From a virus (taxonomy: Duplodnaviria > Caudoviricetes), in IMG/VR virus record IMGVR_UViG_3300034116_000385, positions 1 to 39,590 of that record: a DNA stretch of 39,590 bases. One strand, given 5' to 3'. A program made the translations under genes and the position numbers. Under the pieces are notes generated by a model. It was not told where the DNA came from, searched no databases, and saw nothing but the letters and a program-made list of their open reading frames with translations. Numbering within the stretch: the first letter of the stretch is position 1; each line of letters opens with the position of its first letter. Of the stretch, positions 8,313-17,236 are shown one piece after another.

Positions 8313-10322
8313 TTATGGGTTTAAAGTCATGAAGCGACCGTTAAAGCCAGCATCACTTGAGAACTCACCCTCGCCGTTGGTGCCCATGTGCAAAGCTCGA
8401 CCGTCAGACATCAGGAACTGAAGGTTAAAGGCTGAACCGTATGGGTAGCCAGAGGCGCGATAGTCCACGATTGTTTGGTGCGTGCCACAAGCAGAGCCGT
8501 CTTCCGAGGACCAAGGTCCTGGTAGCAAGACAGGGCGACTATAGGAGACGGTTGTGTTGTCACTGCGGTAAGTGCCCATGTTCACACCATAGCCTAGCAA
8601 GTACATCCGTCCGGCTAAGTCCTGCACCATCCACCCAGTTCCTGCTTCACTGTAAATGTACGGGAAAATGCGCGTGATCTGGCCTCGCGGGAACACGCGA
8701 TCGCTATTTGTAGTTACACCTGCGATGTAGGTAAACGTGCGGTTGCGGGTTGTGTCGCAAATAGCCCCCGGTTGGGTAGGGCTTGACGAGCTAGTCGTCG
8801 TGCCGTTACCAAACTGGCCGTTGCCATTGTAGCCCCAGCAATACAGGTTACCCGCAAGACTAACGTTAGGGTTTCCTGCGCTAAACGAATCTGGGTTTCC
8901 TTCAATCGCAGCCACGGTTACGTAGTAAGCGCAGCCGTTAACATAAAACTCGGCGAAGGTTTGAGAGGTTCCGCAGCGTACGTAGGCGCTTTGGTTTGTT
9001 GTGTTGCCGTTACCAAGGTTGCCAAAGGGGTTGTAACCCGAACCGTACAGTTCACCGTTGTTCTTCAAGTAGTATGAGGAACCGTAGTAGTTCCAACCAC
9101 CTGAGTAGTAAGAACCTTGGTGGCATTCAATGTCGTAGACGTTGGTGGCACCAGAGACTAACTGAGGTGAGGTATACGAGGTTGTGTTGCCAAGGCCAAG
9201 TTGACCTTGCGCGTTGTTGCCCCAAGTGTACAGTTGACCCGTGTTGTTAACGGCCATAACCATGCGAGGTCTAGCGTGCAGCATGCGCACGTTAGTAATG
9301 CCAGACACTAGTTGAGGCGTGGTTTGCGGGGTTGTCGTGTTACCGATGCCGCACTCGCCGTTGCCGTTGTAGCCCCAGGTCCACAGGCGATAGCTGCTGT
9401 CAATAGCAAAAGCGGTGACAAGGTCTGATTCACCGCCGTTAAGTTCTTGCGACACCCAAAGACCAATGATCTTGCAGCTTTGGCCAGACACTGAAGCATC
9501 AGGACCTAAGTAAGGAATCTTGGTCCACGCATACACATCAGTGGTGTGCCCTGCTCCCGCAAGACCCACGCTATTGTAGCCCATGAAGAAGACGTCGCCG
9601 TCCTTAGTCAAAGCCAAAGCAGAGCCAGAACCATTCTGGTGGATTTGTACAAAGTGGTCGCCGGCTCGCATCAAACCAAATTCACCGCTAAACGTCATCA
9701 CAGACGTTAAGTTAGCATGGTTGTGAGTGTGCGCGTATTTACCAGCAAGGCCGTAGGACGTGTCACCGCGAGCAATATACTCATAGCGATCGTTAAGGAA
9801 GGCTGAGTTAAGGTGGCGAGAATAACCAGCTCGACGTGACGAGACGCGTGGTCCAAGGCGCGGGTTTAGCAAGCCAGACGCAATACGCAAGTTGTTGCCA
9901 GCTGCTTCTCCAAGCCACGGCTCATTGCCTGTACCAATCAAGTTTGCAGGCGCGTGGCTGTACTGCGTCTTGTAGGTGTTAACTAGGATTGAGTTGCCAA
10001 CAAAACCAGCGGGCGCTGCCCAGCTAATTCCTGAGCCAGAGGCCGTCAAGACCTGGCCAGCTGCCCCGATGCCAAAGCGAATAGGACCACTACCATTGTG
10101 CGTGGCTAGGTCACCAAGCGTCGTTAGAATGTTTACGCCCTGCACCATGACATCCCAATAAGTTGTATTTGTTGGGACGGTGCCAGCTGCCGGCGGGGTT
10201 AGTTTACAAATGTAAACGCTGCTGTCAGTATAGCTGACAACATCGTCTTTCTCGTATGCCGTTGCGCCGGAGTAAGCTCCGCGCCACGTAAATTTAAGTT
10301 TTCCAAGATCAAGGGTTGCCAT
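8313..10322 (-). CDS. Tail receptor-binding protein with RCC1/BLIP-II-like beta-propeller repeats
   Basis: Repeats WGYNGNGECGIGNTT, WGNNAQGQLGLGNTT, SGYNPFGNLGNGNTT, WGYNGNGQFGNGTTT; N-terminal WRGAY...DDVVSY...YW module; tail position. Confidence 0.8.
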   Translation of the reverse strand: MATLDLGKLKFTWRGAYSGATAYEKDDVVSYTDSSVYICKLTPPAAGTVPTNTTYWDVMVQGVNILTTLGDLATHNGSGPIRFGIGAAGQVLTASGSGISWAAPAGFVGNSILVNTYKTQYSHAPANLIGTGNEPWLGEAAGNNLRIASGLLNPRLGPRVSSRRAGYSRHLNSAFLNDRYEYIARGDTSYGLAGKYAHTHNHANLTSVMTFSGEFGLMRAGDHFVQIHQNGSGSALALTKDGDVFFMGYNSVGLAGAGHTTDVYAWTKIPYLGPDASVSGQSCKIIGLWVSQELNGGESDLVTAFAIDSSYRLWTWGYNGNGECGIGNTTTPQTTPQLVSGITNVRMLHARPRMVMAVNNTGQLYTWGNNAQGQLGLGNTTSYTSPQLVSGATNVYDIECHQGSYYSGGWNYYGSSYYLKNNGELYGSGYNPFGNLGNGNTTNQSAYVRCGTSQTFAEFYVNGCAYYVTVAAIEGNPDSFSAGNPNVSLAGNLYCWGYNGNGQFGNGTTTSSSSPTQPGAICDTTRNRTFTYIAGVTTNSDRVFPRGQITRIFPYIYSEAGTGWMVQDLAGRMYLLGYGVNMGTYRSDNTTVSYSRPVLLPGPWSSEDGSACGTHQTIVDYRASGYPYGSAFNLQFLMSDGRALHMGTNGEGEFSSDAGFNGRFMTLNP

Positions 10323-10332
10323 GCTTTACTCC

Positions 10333-11220
10333 TTACGGTAATGTGCAGATGAGGTGGCCGTCATTGTTGACAGAGAAGACATTGCCTGACGCGCCAAGGA
10401 AATAGTCCTCATAATTGTTTACGTTGAAAGAATCAGCGTCTCCAATGATTGATCGGTCTAGCAGCAATGAACCACTTGAGATCCTAAAACCATAGAAGGT
10501 TGAGTTGTCTTGTGGCGGTGCGATTGTCTCGTAACCAGACCGGTCAGACTTGATACGAATAAACTTAAGCTCGTCACCAGCAACTAAGGTTGGCAGACCG
10601 GCGTTAGTAACGGCAGTTGATGCTGTGGCTGCAGAAGCGGCAGCACTTGATGCAGACGCGCTGGCAGCATTAGCGGCTGCCGTGGCGGTGGCTGCGTTAG
10701 TTTGAGCATTTGCGATGTCGTTTGTCGACGGCCCCATGGCAACCTTAGTGCCTGTAGCATCAACAACCAGAGCTTTGTTTGCCTCAAATTCAGCAACACG
10801 AATGTTGGTCACCGTACTGGTTTCAACAACCTGTAGCGAGCGGTCAAGCTGTTCTTGCAACTGCGTCGCAATGATGGTCAGCTTGTCAAGAGCACCTTCG
10901 TGGGTTTCGGCTGGGAATGGATCACCTTCAGTGTAGTCCACTTGCTGGACAATCGGTGTTCCACGTAGAATAACGATCTTGAAGCCAGCAGCCAGGTTTG
11001 AGTTCAGCGTGACCGTGGCGAACTTAGTTGAGGCGTTGATCGTGACTGTGTAGTCGTATGGGTTCGCACCACCACGAGTTCTTAGAGTCTGTACGCTTGC
11101 AGTATCAACAGTAAAAACCTTGAGGTCGTCCAAACCCTGGACGGTCGCATTGAAGTAGAAAGTGTTCGTTGAACCAGTGCCAACCTGGACGACACGTTTA
11201 ATTTCGGTTTGAACTGTCAT
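10333..11220 (-). CDS. Tail fibre adaptor protein (T7 gp17 N-terminal-like)
   Basis: N-terminal beta domain, then FPAETHEGALDKLT..QQL helix and Ala/Ser-rich coiled coil; follows the last internal virion protein. Confidence 0.75.
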   Translation of the reverse strand: MTVQTEIKRVVQVGTGSTNTFYFNATVQGLDDLKVFTVDTASVQTLRTRGGANPYDYTVTINASTKFATVTLNSNLAAGFKIVILRGTPIVQQVDYTEGDPFPAETHEGALDKLTIIATQLQEQLDRSLQVVETSTVTNIRVAEFEANKALVVDATGTKVAMGPSTNDIANAQTNAATATAAANAASASASSAAASAATASTAVTNAGLPTLVAGDELKFIRIKSDRSGYETIAPPQDNSTFYGFRISSGSLLLDRSIIGDADSFNVNNYEDYFLGASGNVFSVNNDGHLICTLP

Positions 11221-13733
11221 TGCACTAGACTCCTAAGGTTACCTCCGTATGGGACCTGCTCGCTCGGCGGAACGAAAAATCGCTGATCATTCTCTTGCAT
11301 TATACGGCTTTCCATCCGACGAAGATACCCTGGGTTGACCATCTCTTGGAGCTCGTACAAGATCAAATAGTCCAGGGCTTGTCTAGTATAAAACAAGTTG
11401 ATGAACGGAGTGTTGTTTGTAATGGTTCGCATAACGTTCGCGCCCACGTCTTCCCCAGTACGAATGCGGGTAAAAATCTCAGCTAGGTCATCTACCTGTC
11501 CAAGGGTAGGACCTGCCAGGGTTGACAGGAATGAACGTCCATACCGGCTGTATTCACCAAACAGGAAGTCGCCGTAAATACCAAGGCCTCCGCCTTGACT
11601 CATGGCAGCGAACATAAGCTTGGCGTCTTTCTCCGTGTCTCCAGTAAAGGTCCGAGGTTCCTTGCCCTTTAGCACGTCCTTAGCAACCATCGAAGCGTAT
11701 CCGAACAGGGTTGTACCAGCTATCAAATGTACTAGCCCCATCATATCTGGCTTGCCGTCGGCAGCTCCATGGATCTCGCGGCCAAGACCGCGTCGAATCA
11801 TCGTGATTGGGAAGGCCTTAAACTGCATGATCAGGCGGATAACCTCGCCCTCGACAGTACCAACCTCAGTGCCCTGGCTCATGATCGCTCGTTCAGCGGC
11901 TCCTGGCATTGGGACAGCGTAGTCTGACCGGTCTTGGAAGTAGGTATCTAAGCGAGACACTAATTCGTCTCTAGCCATAGAGATGTCTCTAGCCGACGGT
12001 TTAGCGTTGCCCTTGTCTTTCAAGTACTGCTTGATCGTTGCATCGTCAAGATCTTCGATGGCTTCACTGACCATGTACTTATTGCCATCAGCCGCTTCTT
12101 TCACAGCGTGCTTACGGTACAAGTTCCACTCGACTTCGCCAATGTCGTACTGCTGCATCACGTTCGCCGCCTTGCCTAGCTGACTGTGTTGCAAGTCAAC
12201 CTTGTTGGCCAGGTTGTTGCTCATAATCAAAGCAGCGCTGGTTCGGTTAGTGTCGTTCCACCAGCTCATCAGGTTAAGCTTGAAGAAGCGTTGCTGCAAC
12301 TTGGCCATAGCTCCAGGGACCGAGTCCTGAGAACCAAACCGAGCTGTCACGTCGCCAATCAGACCATCAAAACCTACGCCAAGAAGACGAGCAATCTCCT
12401 TACGTTCAAGATCACCACGGCCTTTGAACAGGTTGACAAAGGTGTCGCTGTAGGCCTTCAGTAAGGGAACGCCTTGATAACGCAGTTCAGCTGCTTGGTT
12501 AGGAATGTCAGTCACTGACGACACAACGGCTCCACCTAGCTTTGCCATGTTTTGAATTGAGCGAGTAATGGCTCCGACCCTAGCCAAACTAACGCTAGCT
12601 GGGATTCGAGTAGTGCCGTCAATCTCTTTCAGCTGGTTCATCAAGTTCTTTTTAGACAGCTGGTCGTAGATTTCTGGCTGATCACGGTACTTAACTTTGA
12701 GCTCAGTGACCATTCGATCAAACATAGCAACAGGGTTCGTGCCCAGACCTTCCATCAAAGCAGTGTTGCGAGCCATGTGTTCAAGGCCACCAACAATCGC
12801 TTCACGTAAGTCCTGTGTACCAAACTGCTCGTTGTATGCCATGAATGAGTCAGAGTCCTTGAAGTGCAAGGTACGCTCCTGGCTCATTTTCTTAGCTACG
12901 TTAGCAGGTCCTTTAAAACCATGCAAGAAGTTGCTCTCGTTGTCGCCCTTAAAGCGCTTGTGCATTCCTGTCGTCAAGCCAAGGTAAGCACCTTTTAGGA
13001 ACTCATCAGCGTCTGCGCCTCTAAACGTAGCTTCAATGTCTAGTTTATCCAGGACGTAGTTCTTCCAGTTTTCAAAACCAGCCTTACGGATTCTGGCTTG
13101 GTCGTGGCTTTGTCTGAAGATGTAGCCTGGTCTTGCTTGGATGTAGGCACCTGCTCTGTTGGCTCGCTCAATTGCTGTTGCTTGGTATTTGTGGATGACC
13201 GCTGCAATCTTTTGCGCCACAGGGTTGTTCGACGAGCCAGGGGTTCCATTTGGTTTGATCTCAAAAAGTTCACGAGCGACATCGTCGTCCATGTGACCGT
13301 TGCTGAAATGAACGAGCAAGTCGTCTTTTTCTAGGTCATGAATTAACCGGCCTATGTACTTATTAGACAGGGCTTTGCCTTGCGCATCAATACTCAGTTT
13401 TGATCCTACCCGGTTCTTAACTGAACCTACCATCAAGGCCTTAAGACCCTCAGCTGGGTTGTCAAACTTAGTAAGGAAATTGTAGTTCTGCGCCAGCACC
13501 TTGGCGTTAATCATGGTGTTGCGCTTCTCGATGGCGGCTGCCAAGATGCTGTCTTTTAAGCGCTGTTGAAGGTGAGCAGCAATTGTCGCGTCTAGGTTGT
13601 CGACATGCAGCATCTTCTTCTTTGACGAGATAAACGTGTCGATCTCAGACAACAAGTCAGAAGCCTGGTCATCACTGATCTTGCCTTCACCAGCGGCTTT
13701 CTTAATAATATTCAAGCAATCTTGCATTGCCAT
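11217..13733 (-). CDS. Internal virion (ejection) protein, large helical
   Basis: 838 aa, helical, QFKAFP and GGGLGIYGDFLF motifs; last gene before the tail fibre, as with gp16-like proteins. Confidence 0.75.
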   Translation of the reverse strand: MAMQDCLNIIKKAAGEGKISDDQASDLLSEIDTFISSKKKMLHVDNLDATIAAHLQQRLKDSILAAAIEKRNTMINAKVLAQNYNFLTKFDNPAEGLKALMVGSVKNRVGSKLSIDAQGKALSNKYIGRLIHDLEKDDLLVHFSNGHMDDDVARELFEIKPNGTPGSSNNPVAQKIAAVIHKYQATAIERANRAGAYIQARPGYIFRQSHDQARIRKAGFENWKNYVLDKLDIEATFRGADADEFLKGAYLGLTTGMHKRFKGDNESNFLHGFKGPANVAKKMSQERTLHFKDSDSFMAYNEQFGTQDLREAIVGGLEHMARNTALMEGLGTNPVAMFDRMVTELKVKYRDQPEIYDQLSKKNLMNQLKEIDGTTRIPASVSLARVGAITRSIQNMAKLGGAVVSSVTDIPNQAAELRYQGVPLLKAYSDTFVNLFKGRGDLERKEIARLLGVGFDGLIGDVTARFGSQDSVPGAMAKLQQRFFKLNLMSWWNDTNRTSAALIMSNNLANKVDLQHSQLGKAANVMQQYDIGEVEWNLYRKHAVKEAADGNKYMVSEAIEDLDDATIKQYLKDKGNAKPSARDISMARDELVSRLDTYFQDRSDYAVPMPGAAERAIMSQGTEVGTVEGEVIRLIMQFKAFPITMIRRGLGREIHGAADGKPDMMGLVHLIAGTTLFGYASMVAKDVLKGKEPRTFTGDTEKDAKLMFAAMSQGGGLGIYGDFLFGEYSRYGRSFLSTLAGPTLGQVDDLAEIFTRIRTGEDVGANVMRTITNNTPFINLFYTRQALDYLILYELQEMVNPGYLRRMESRIMQENDQRFFVPPSEQVPYGGNLRSLVQ

Positions 13734-16700
13734 TTACATTCCTTTCTTAATACAGACCACGGCTGCTTCAGCTGCTTTGTGCATGTCAACAGCGTTGACT
13801 TGCTTCTGATCTAGCATCTTAAGCTCGTTGTCCAAGGCGGCTTTAATCGCTGTTCCAAGCTCAGGATCTATGTTTGCCATTTCAGCGTCTAGATTTGCTT
13901 GCAAGGCCTCAAGGTCACTGTCGATAAGTTTGAGGTCGTTGTCCATAACCTTTAAGGCATCAGCCACAGAATCTTTAGGCTCGTTAAGCAACGGCTCAGG
14001 ATCTGCTGCGTTGCTTGGTTGCTTATGGTACGCCTTGGCAATCTTTAGTTTCTGAGCATCAGGCAACTCAAATGGCAAGACAGCATTGGGGTCTGGCAGC
14101 AATTCAAGAATCAAAGTAGGATCACCAAAGTCGTGGGTAGGCTTGATGACTTGCTTAACTCGGAACTTAGCTCCTCTATCAATCAGCAACTCTACTTCGC
14201 TTTTATGTGAGGACACAGAACCAGCTAAGACGGCTTTACTTCCTTCAGGCACAAGTATCTTTGTCAACGGAGCCTTGCCCTTGTAGCTGCCATGCCAAGT
14301 CTTTGCTGTCTCAAAAGAAAACGACGTGCTACTAAAACCGTGCATCGTGATGAAGTGGCCTTCAGCTGCTTTAAGTAGCTCGTAGGCTTTCATGCCATCC
14401 AAGTTCTGGTCCCAGACAAACTGCTTGAGATTAAGGTCTGCCAAGATATTGTTGAAAGTCGTGTAGCGAACGTTGCCGCGCCAAACCTCGTACTTCTCAG
14501 TTGTTTCAGGAAGCTTCTTAAAGACAGCATCTAAGTTGTCAATCCTCTTTTGCATCTCAGGGGAGATGGTTTTACCAAGTACTTCTTTCCCCCACAAGGC
14601 ATTGTTAATTTCGACGTAAGCGCTGCCAGTGTAGCTTTTTAACGCGCTCATCTCTGATGGGGTCAATGACTTCTCAATCTGATCGTAGAACTTATTGAGA
14701 AACTTGTTGGCGTCACTCGTGTTAAAAAACTTGACGGTGTTTGTTTCTTTCGCTACTTCTTTCGCTACCTGGTCGTAGGTTTTTTCTAAGTCAAGGCGAC
14801 GCAAGGCTAGTTTTTCCTTAAGTTCCTCAGCTAGCTTTTTGTCCATGCCTTGCAGCACGGCAGAGTCAACAAGCTTATTGACTTCCTCCTGAGGCACCCT
14901 AAGGATCCTAGCCACGGCTTCTTCTGTATCTTTTAAGCTTACATTACTAAACACATCAGGGTTCTTATCCATGATGCTCTTATAGTCCATCAGCTTTGTA
15001 GTAAACTTGTCGCCTTTTAGTTCACCTTGAGCGCGGTATAACAAGGCGCCACCTGGATCAATACGCCAAACTTGGTTCTTGCCTTCAATCAATTGCATGT
15101 TGAAGTTAGGAGCGTTGCCAACAACGTCCCAGTTTGCCAAGTATGCGTCAATGATCAAGTGCTGCGCAAAAGCTTTTTGCTGCTCTTCAGGTAAAGCTTT
15201 AAATTCCTTAGGACCGATCGTCTTAAACTGCTTGATCCAGTCACTGGCGACCCCAACAACCTGTCTTTGCTCGGTAACCAGGGTTGTCTTTGGCATGGGC
15301 ACGCCGTACCACGTGTACAGGGTTGCAGCAACCCACTCATTCAGTGCTTGATCTTTGCCGTAAAACTTTACGTAGTACTGGCTGTTATCGTTCTTGTCGA
15401 TGAACAAGCCACCCTTGTTTGTACCAAGCTGCTGACCAACACTTTCTAAGTTGTCGATGTCAAACGCTGTGTCGTAGCCAGCAAAAGAGTTGTAGACGTC
15501 TCCAGTATTTTCTAGGTAACCGTCAGGATCAAACATGGCTGCTTCAACAGCAGGTTTTCCTTTAGGATTAAGGTCACTAAATACTTCACTGACGGCATCT
15601 TGAGCAAACATAGACTCCATGGCCTGCTCAGGACCAATGGAAACGTTGTGTTGATTTTGCTTAGGATTAAAAACAGCGTTCTTAATCTCCATGACGTGAG
15701 TCATGTTGTTCTTAGCAAGGTTGTAAGACCCCTTGTATGCGATGTCTAGTGCCGCTTCTTCACTAATAGAAATACCGTGCACAGCAAGCAAATCTTTTAG
15801 GTCTGCAGCAACCTTATTCATATCAATCGTTCCCTGTGTCGAGAACGACTTAGATGTCAGCAGGCCCATAGGACCGCGAGGATTTGGCTTGACAGTCAGG
15901 ATTTGATTGTCAGTAGTTCTTACGTAGAACGCAATGTTGTTTTGCATGCCGTTGACTTTTGCCAACTGCACGGCTTCATCAAACTGAGGATCAGCTAAGG
16001 CGCGGGTGATCTGTGTAGTCGTGATCTTTGCGGCTTTAGGTGATGTCGCCTCGTCCATCAAGGCCATACTTGTAGTCACATCTTCGTATGGCTTAAAGTC
16101 TTTGATTGGACTGCTTTTCTGCTCGAGTATGTTTTCTTCAGGGTCTAGTTTTGTAGGCACACCTTCTGAGCCAATGTTTGGCATGTCCCCACCGGCCTTG
16201 TTAATGGCATCAAGCGGGGTAACCATTCCATTAGGAGCATCAGGCGCATCAAAGTTAACAGGGTAGACCTTGTTTGAAGCACCAACAGTTGCAATCTGGC
16301 CCACTTCAACGTTGTGGCCGTTAGCTGCTTGCTTAATTGCAGTCTCAAGCGCTTGTGCGTGGCTGCGACTACGCAAACCTTTGTAGCCGTCGTAAACTTT
16401 TCCGCCAACAGCAAATAGACCAGCTCCCGCCACAGTACCGAAGGTAATGTTAGTCAAGGAGTCCATCATGTCGTAGTCTGCTTTTTCTTGCGTCTTCGCA
16501 GCGTAGATCAAAGGCTCAACGGCCAATGAACCTACAAAACCTGCTTCAGCACCTCTAGCAAGTCGAGCAGCGGTCACGCCAAGCTTTGCGTACCTAGCCT
16601 CACCTAAGATCGGCACAAAGCCAATGGCAAGACCAACAGGGTCAAAGATAGCCGTACCCATGGCCAAACCAAAACCAATCGAACCATCAACAAAGCCTTG

Positions 16701-17231
16701 AGCTCGATCGAAGGTACTGTTGAGGCGCAGCTCATCGAGTTTTCGTTTGTGTTGAATCTTTGCAACAAGGTTGCTAACTGGCTTATCCCAAGACAAGTGA
16801 CCTGGGATGCCGTACTCCGTGTTTGCTTGATCAGGCTGAATTATCGATGGCCGCTCAGTGAGACTAAACTCCTCAAGTGTTGGGCGGTTTTTCCAGCCTT
16901 GACCGCCACCACCTCGACTTGAGTTAGCCCTGCGGTTGTAAAGACGCTTTAGTTCGTCATCAGTGTTGTTGGTTAACTCTTCAGCTCTGCGAATCTCTCG
17001 CATGCGCTTAAGGGAGTCGATGCCCGTCTCGCCCCAACCAATGTCAATAGCAGCATCAGCAACTTGTCCAGTGGTAGACCTGAGGTCATCAAAACCAAAA
17101 CTCTGAAACCACTTTGAAGGAGCTAACGGAGTAAAGTTAGCCCCGAGCTCTTGAGCTCCACGAAGTTCTGACTCAGTAATTCCTAAGCCATTACTGCGTA
17201 TGTTGACGTCTTTTTTTATTTTTTCAGCCAT
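13734..17231 (-). CDS. Internal virion (ejection) protein with kinase-like and ADP-ribosyltransferase domains
   Basis: Lies between internal virion genes; Gly/Ala-rich hydrophobic N-terminal region; kinase-like motifs at about 14790-15440; VIP2/Alt-type ART motifs (YT..Y..IN..L, VWRG, FSSTS, EVELL) at about 14095-14670. Confidence 0.8.
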   Translation of the reverse strand: MAEKIKKDVNIRSNGLGITESELRGAQELGANFTPLAPSKWFQSFGFDDLRSTTGQVADAAIDIGWGETGIDSLKRMREIRRAEELTNNTDDELKRLYNRRANSSRGGGGQGWKNRPTLEEFSLTERPSIIQPDQANTEYGIPGHLSWDKPVSNLVAKIQHKRKLDELRLNSTFDRAQGFVDGSIGFGLAMGTAIFDPVGLAIGFVPILGEARYAKLGVTAARLARGAEAGFVGSLAVEPLIYAAKTQEKADYDMMDSLTNITFGTVAGAGLFAVGGKVYDGYKGLRSRSHAQALETAIKQAANGHNVEVGQIATVGASNKVYPVNFDAPDAPNGMVTPLDAINKAGGDMPNIGSEGVPTKLDPEENILEQKSSPIKDFKPYEDVTTSMALMDEATSPKAAKITTTQITRALADPQFDEAVQLAKVNGMQNNIAFYVRTTDNQILTVKPNPRGPMGLLTSKSFSTQGTIDMNKVAADLKDLLAVHGISISEEAALDIAYKGSYNLAKNNMTHVMEIKNAVFNPKQNQHNVSIGPEQAMESMFAQDAVSEVFSDLNPKGKPAVEAAMFDPDGYLENTGDVYNSFAGYDTAFDIDNLESVGQQLGTNKGGLFIDKNDNSQYYVKFYGKDQALNEWVAATLYTWYGVPMPKTTLVTEQRQVVGVASDWIKQFKTIGPKEFKALPEEQQKAFAQHLIIDAYLANWDVVGNAPNFNMQLIEGKNQVWRIDPGGALLYRAQGELKGDKFTTKLMDYKSIMDKNPDVFSNVSLKDTEEAVARILRVPQEEVNKLVDSAVLQGMDKKLAEELKEKLALRRLDLEKTYDQVAKEVAKETNTVKFFNTSDANKFLNKFYDQIEKSLTPSEMSALKSYTGSAYVEINNALWGKEVLGKTISPEMQKRIDNLDAVFKKLPETTEKYEVWRGNVRYTTFNNILADLNLKQFVWDQNLDGMKAYELLKAAEGHFITMHGFSSTSFSFETAKTWHGSYKGKAPLTKILVPEGSKAVLAGSVSSHKSEVELLIDRGAKFRVKQVIKPTHDFGDPTLILELLPDPNAVLPFELPDAQKLKIAKAYHKQPSNAADPEPLLNEPKDSVADALKVMDNDLKLIDSDLEALQANLDAEMANIDPELGTAIKAALDNELKMLDQKQVNAVDMHKAAEAAVVCIKKGM

Positions 17232-17236
17232 AGTGG

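Noticed and set aside
8313-10322. Diversity-generating retroelement target, given the BPP-1-like head genes
   Set aside because: No reverse transcriptase ORF and no template/variable repeat pair seen; the repeats are protein-level RCC1 units.
10610-10710. GCN-rich low-complexity tract as a DNA repeat
   Set aside because: Explained by the Ala/Ser-rich coiled coil of the tail fibre adaptor.
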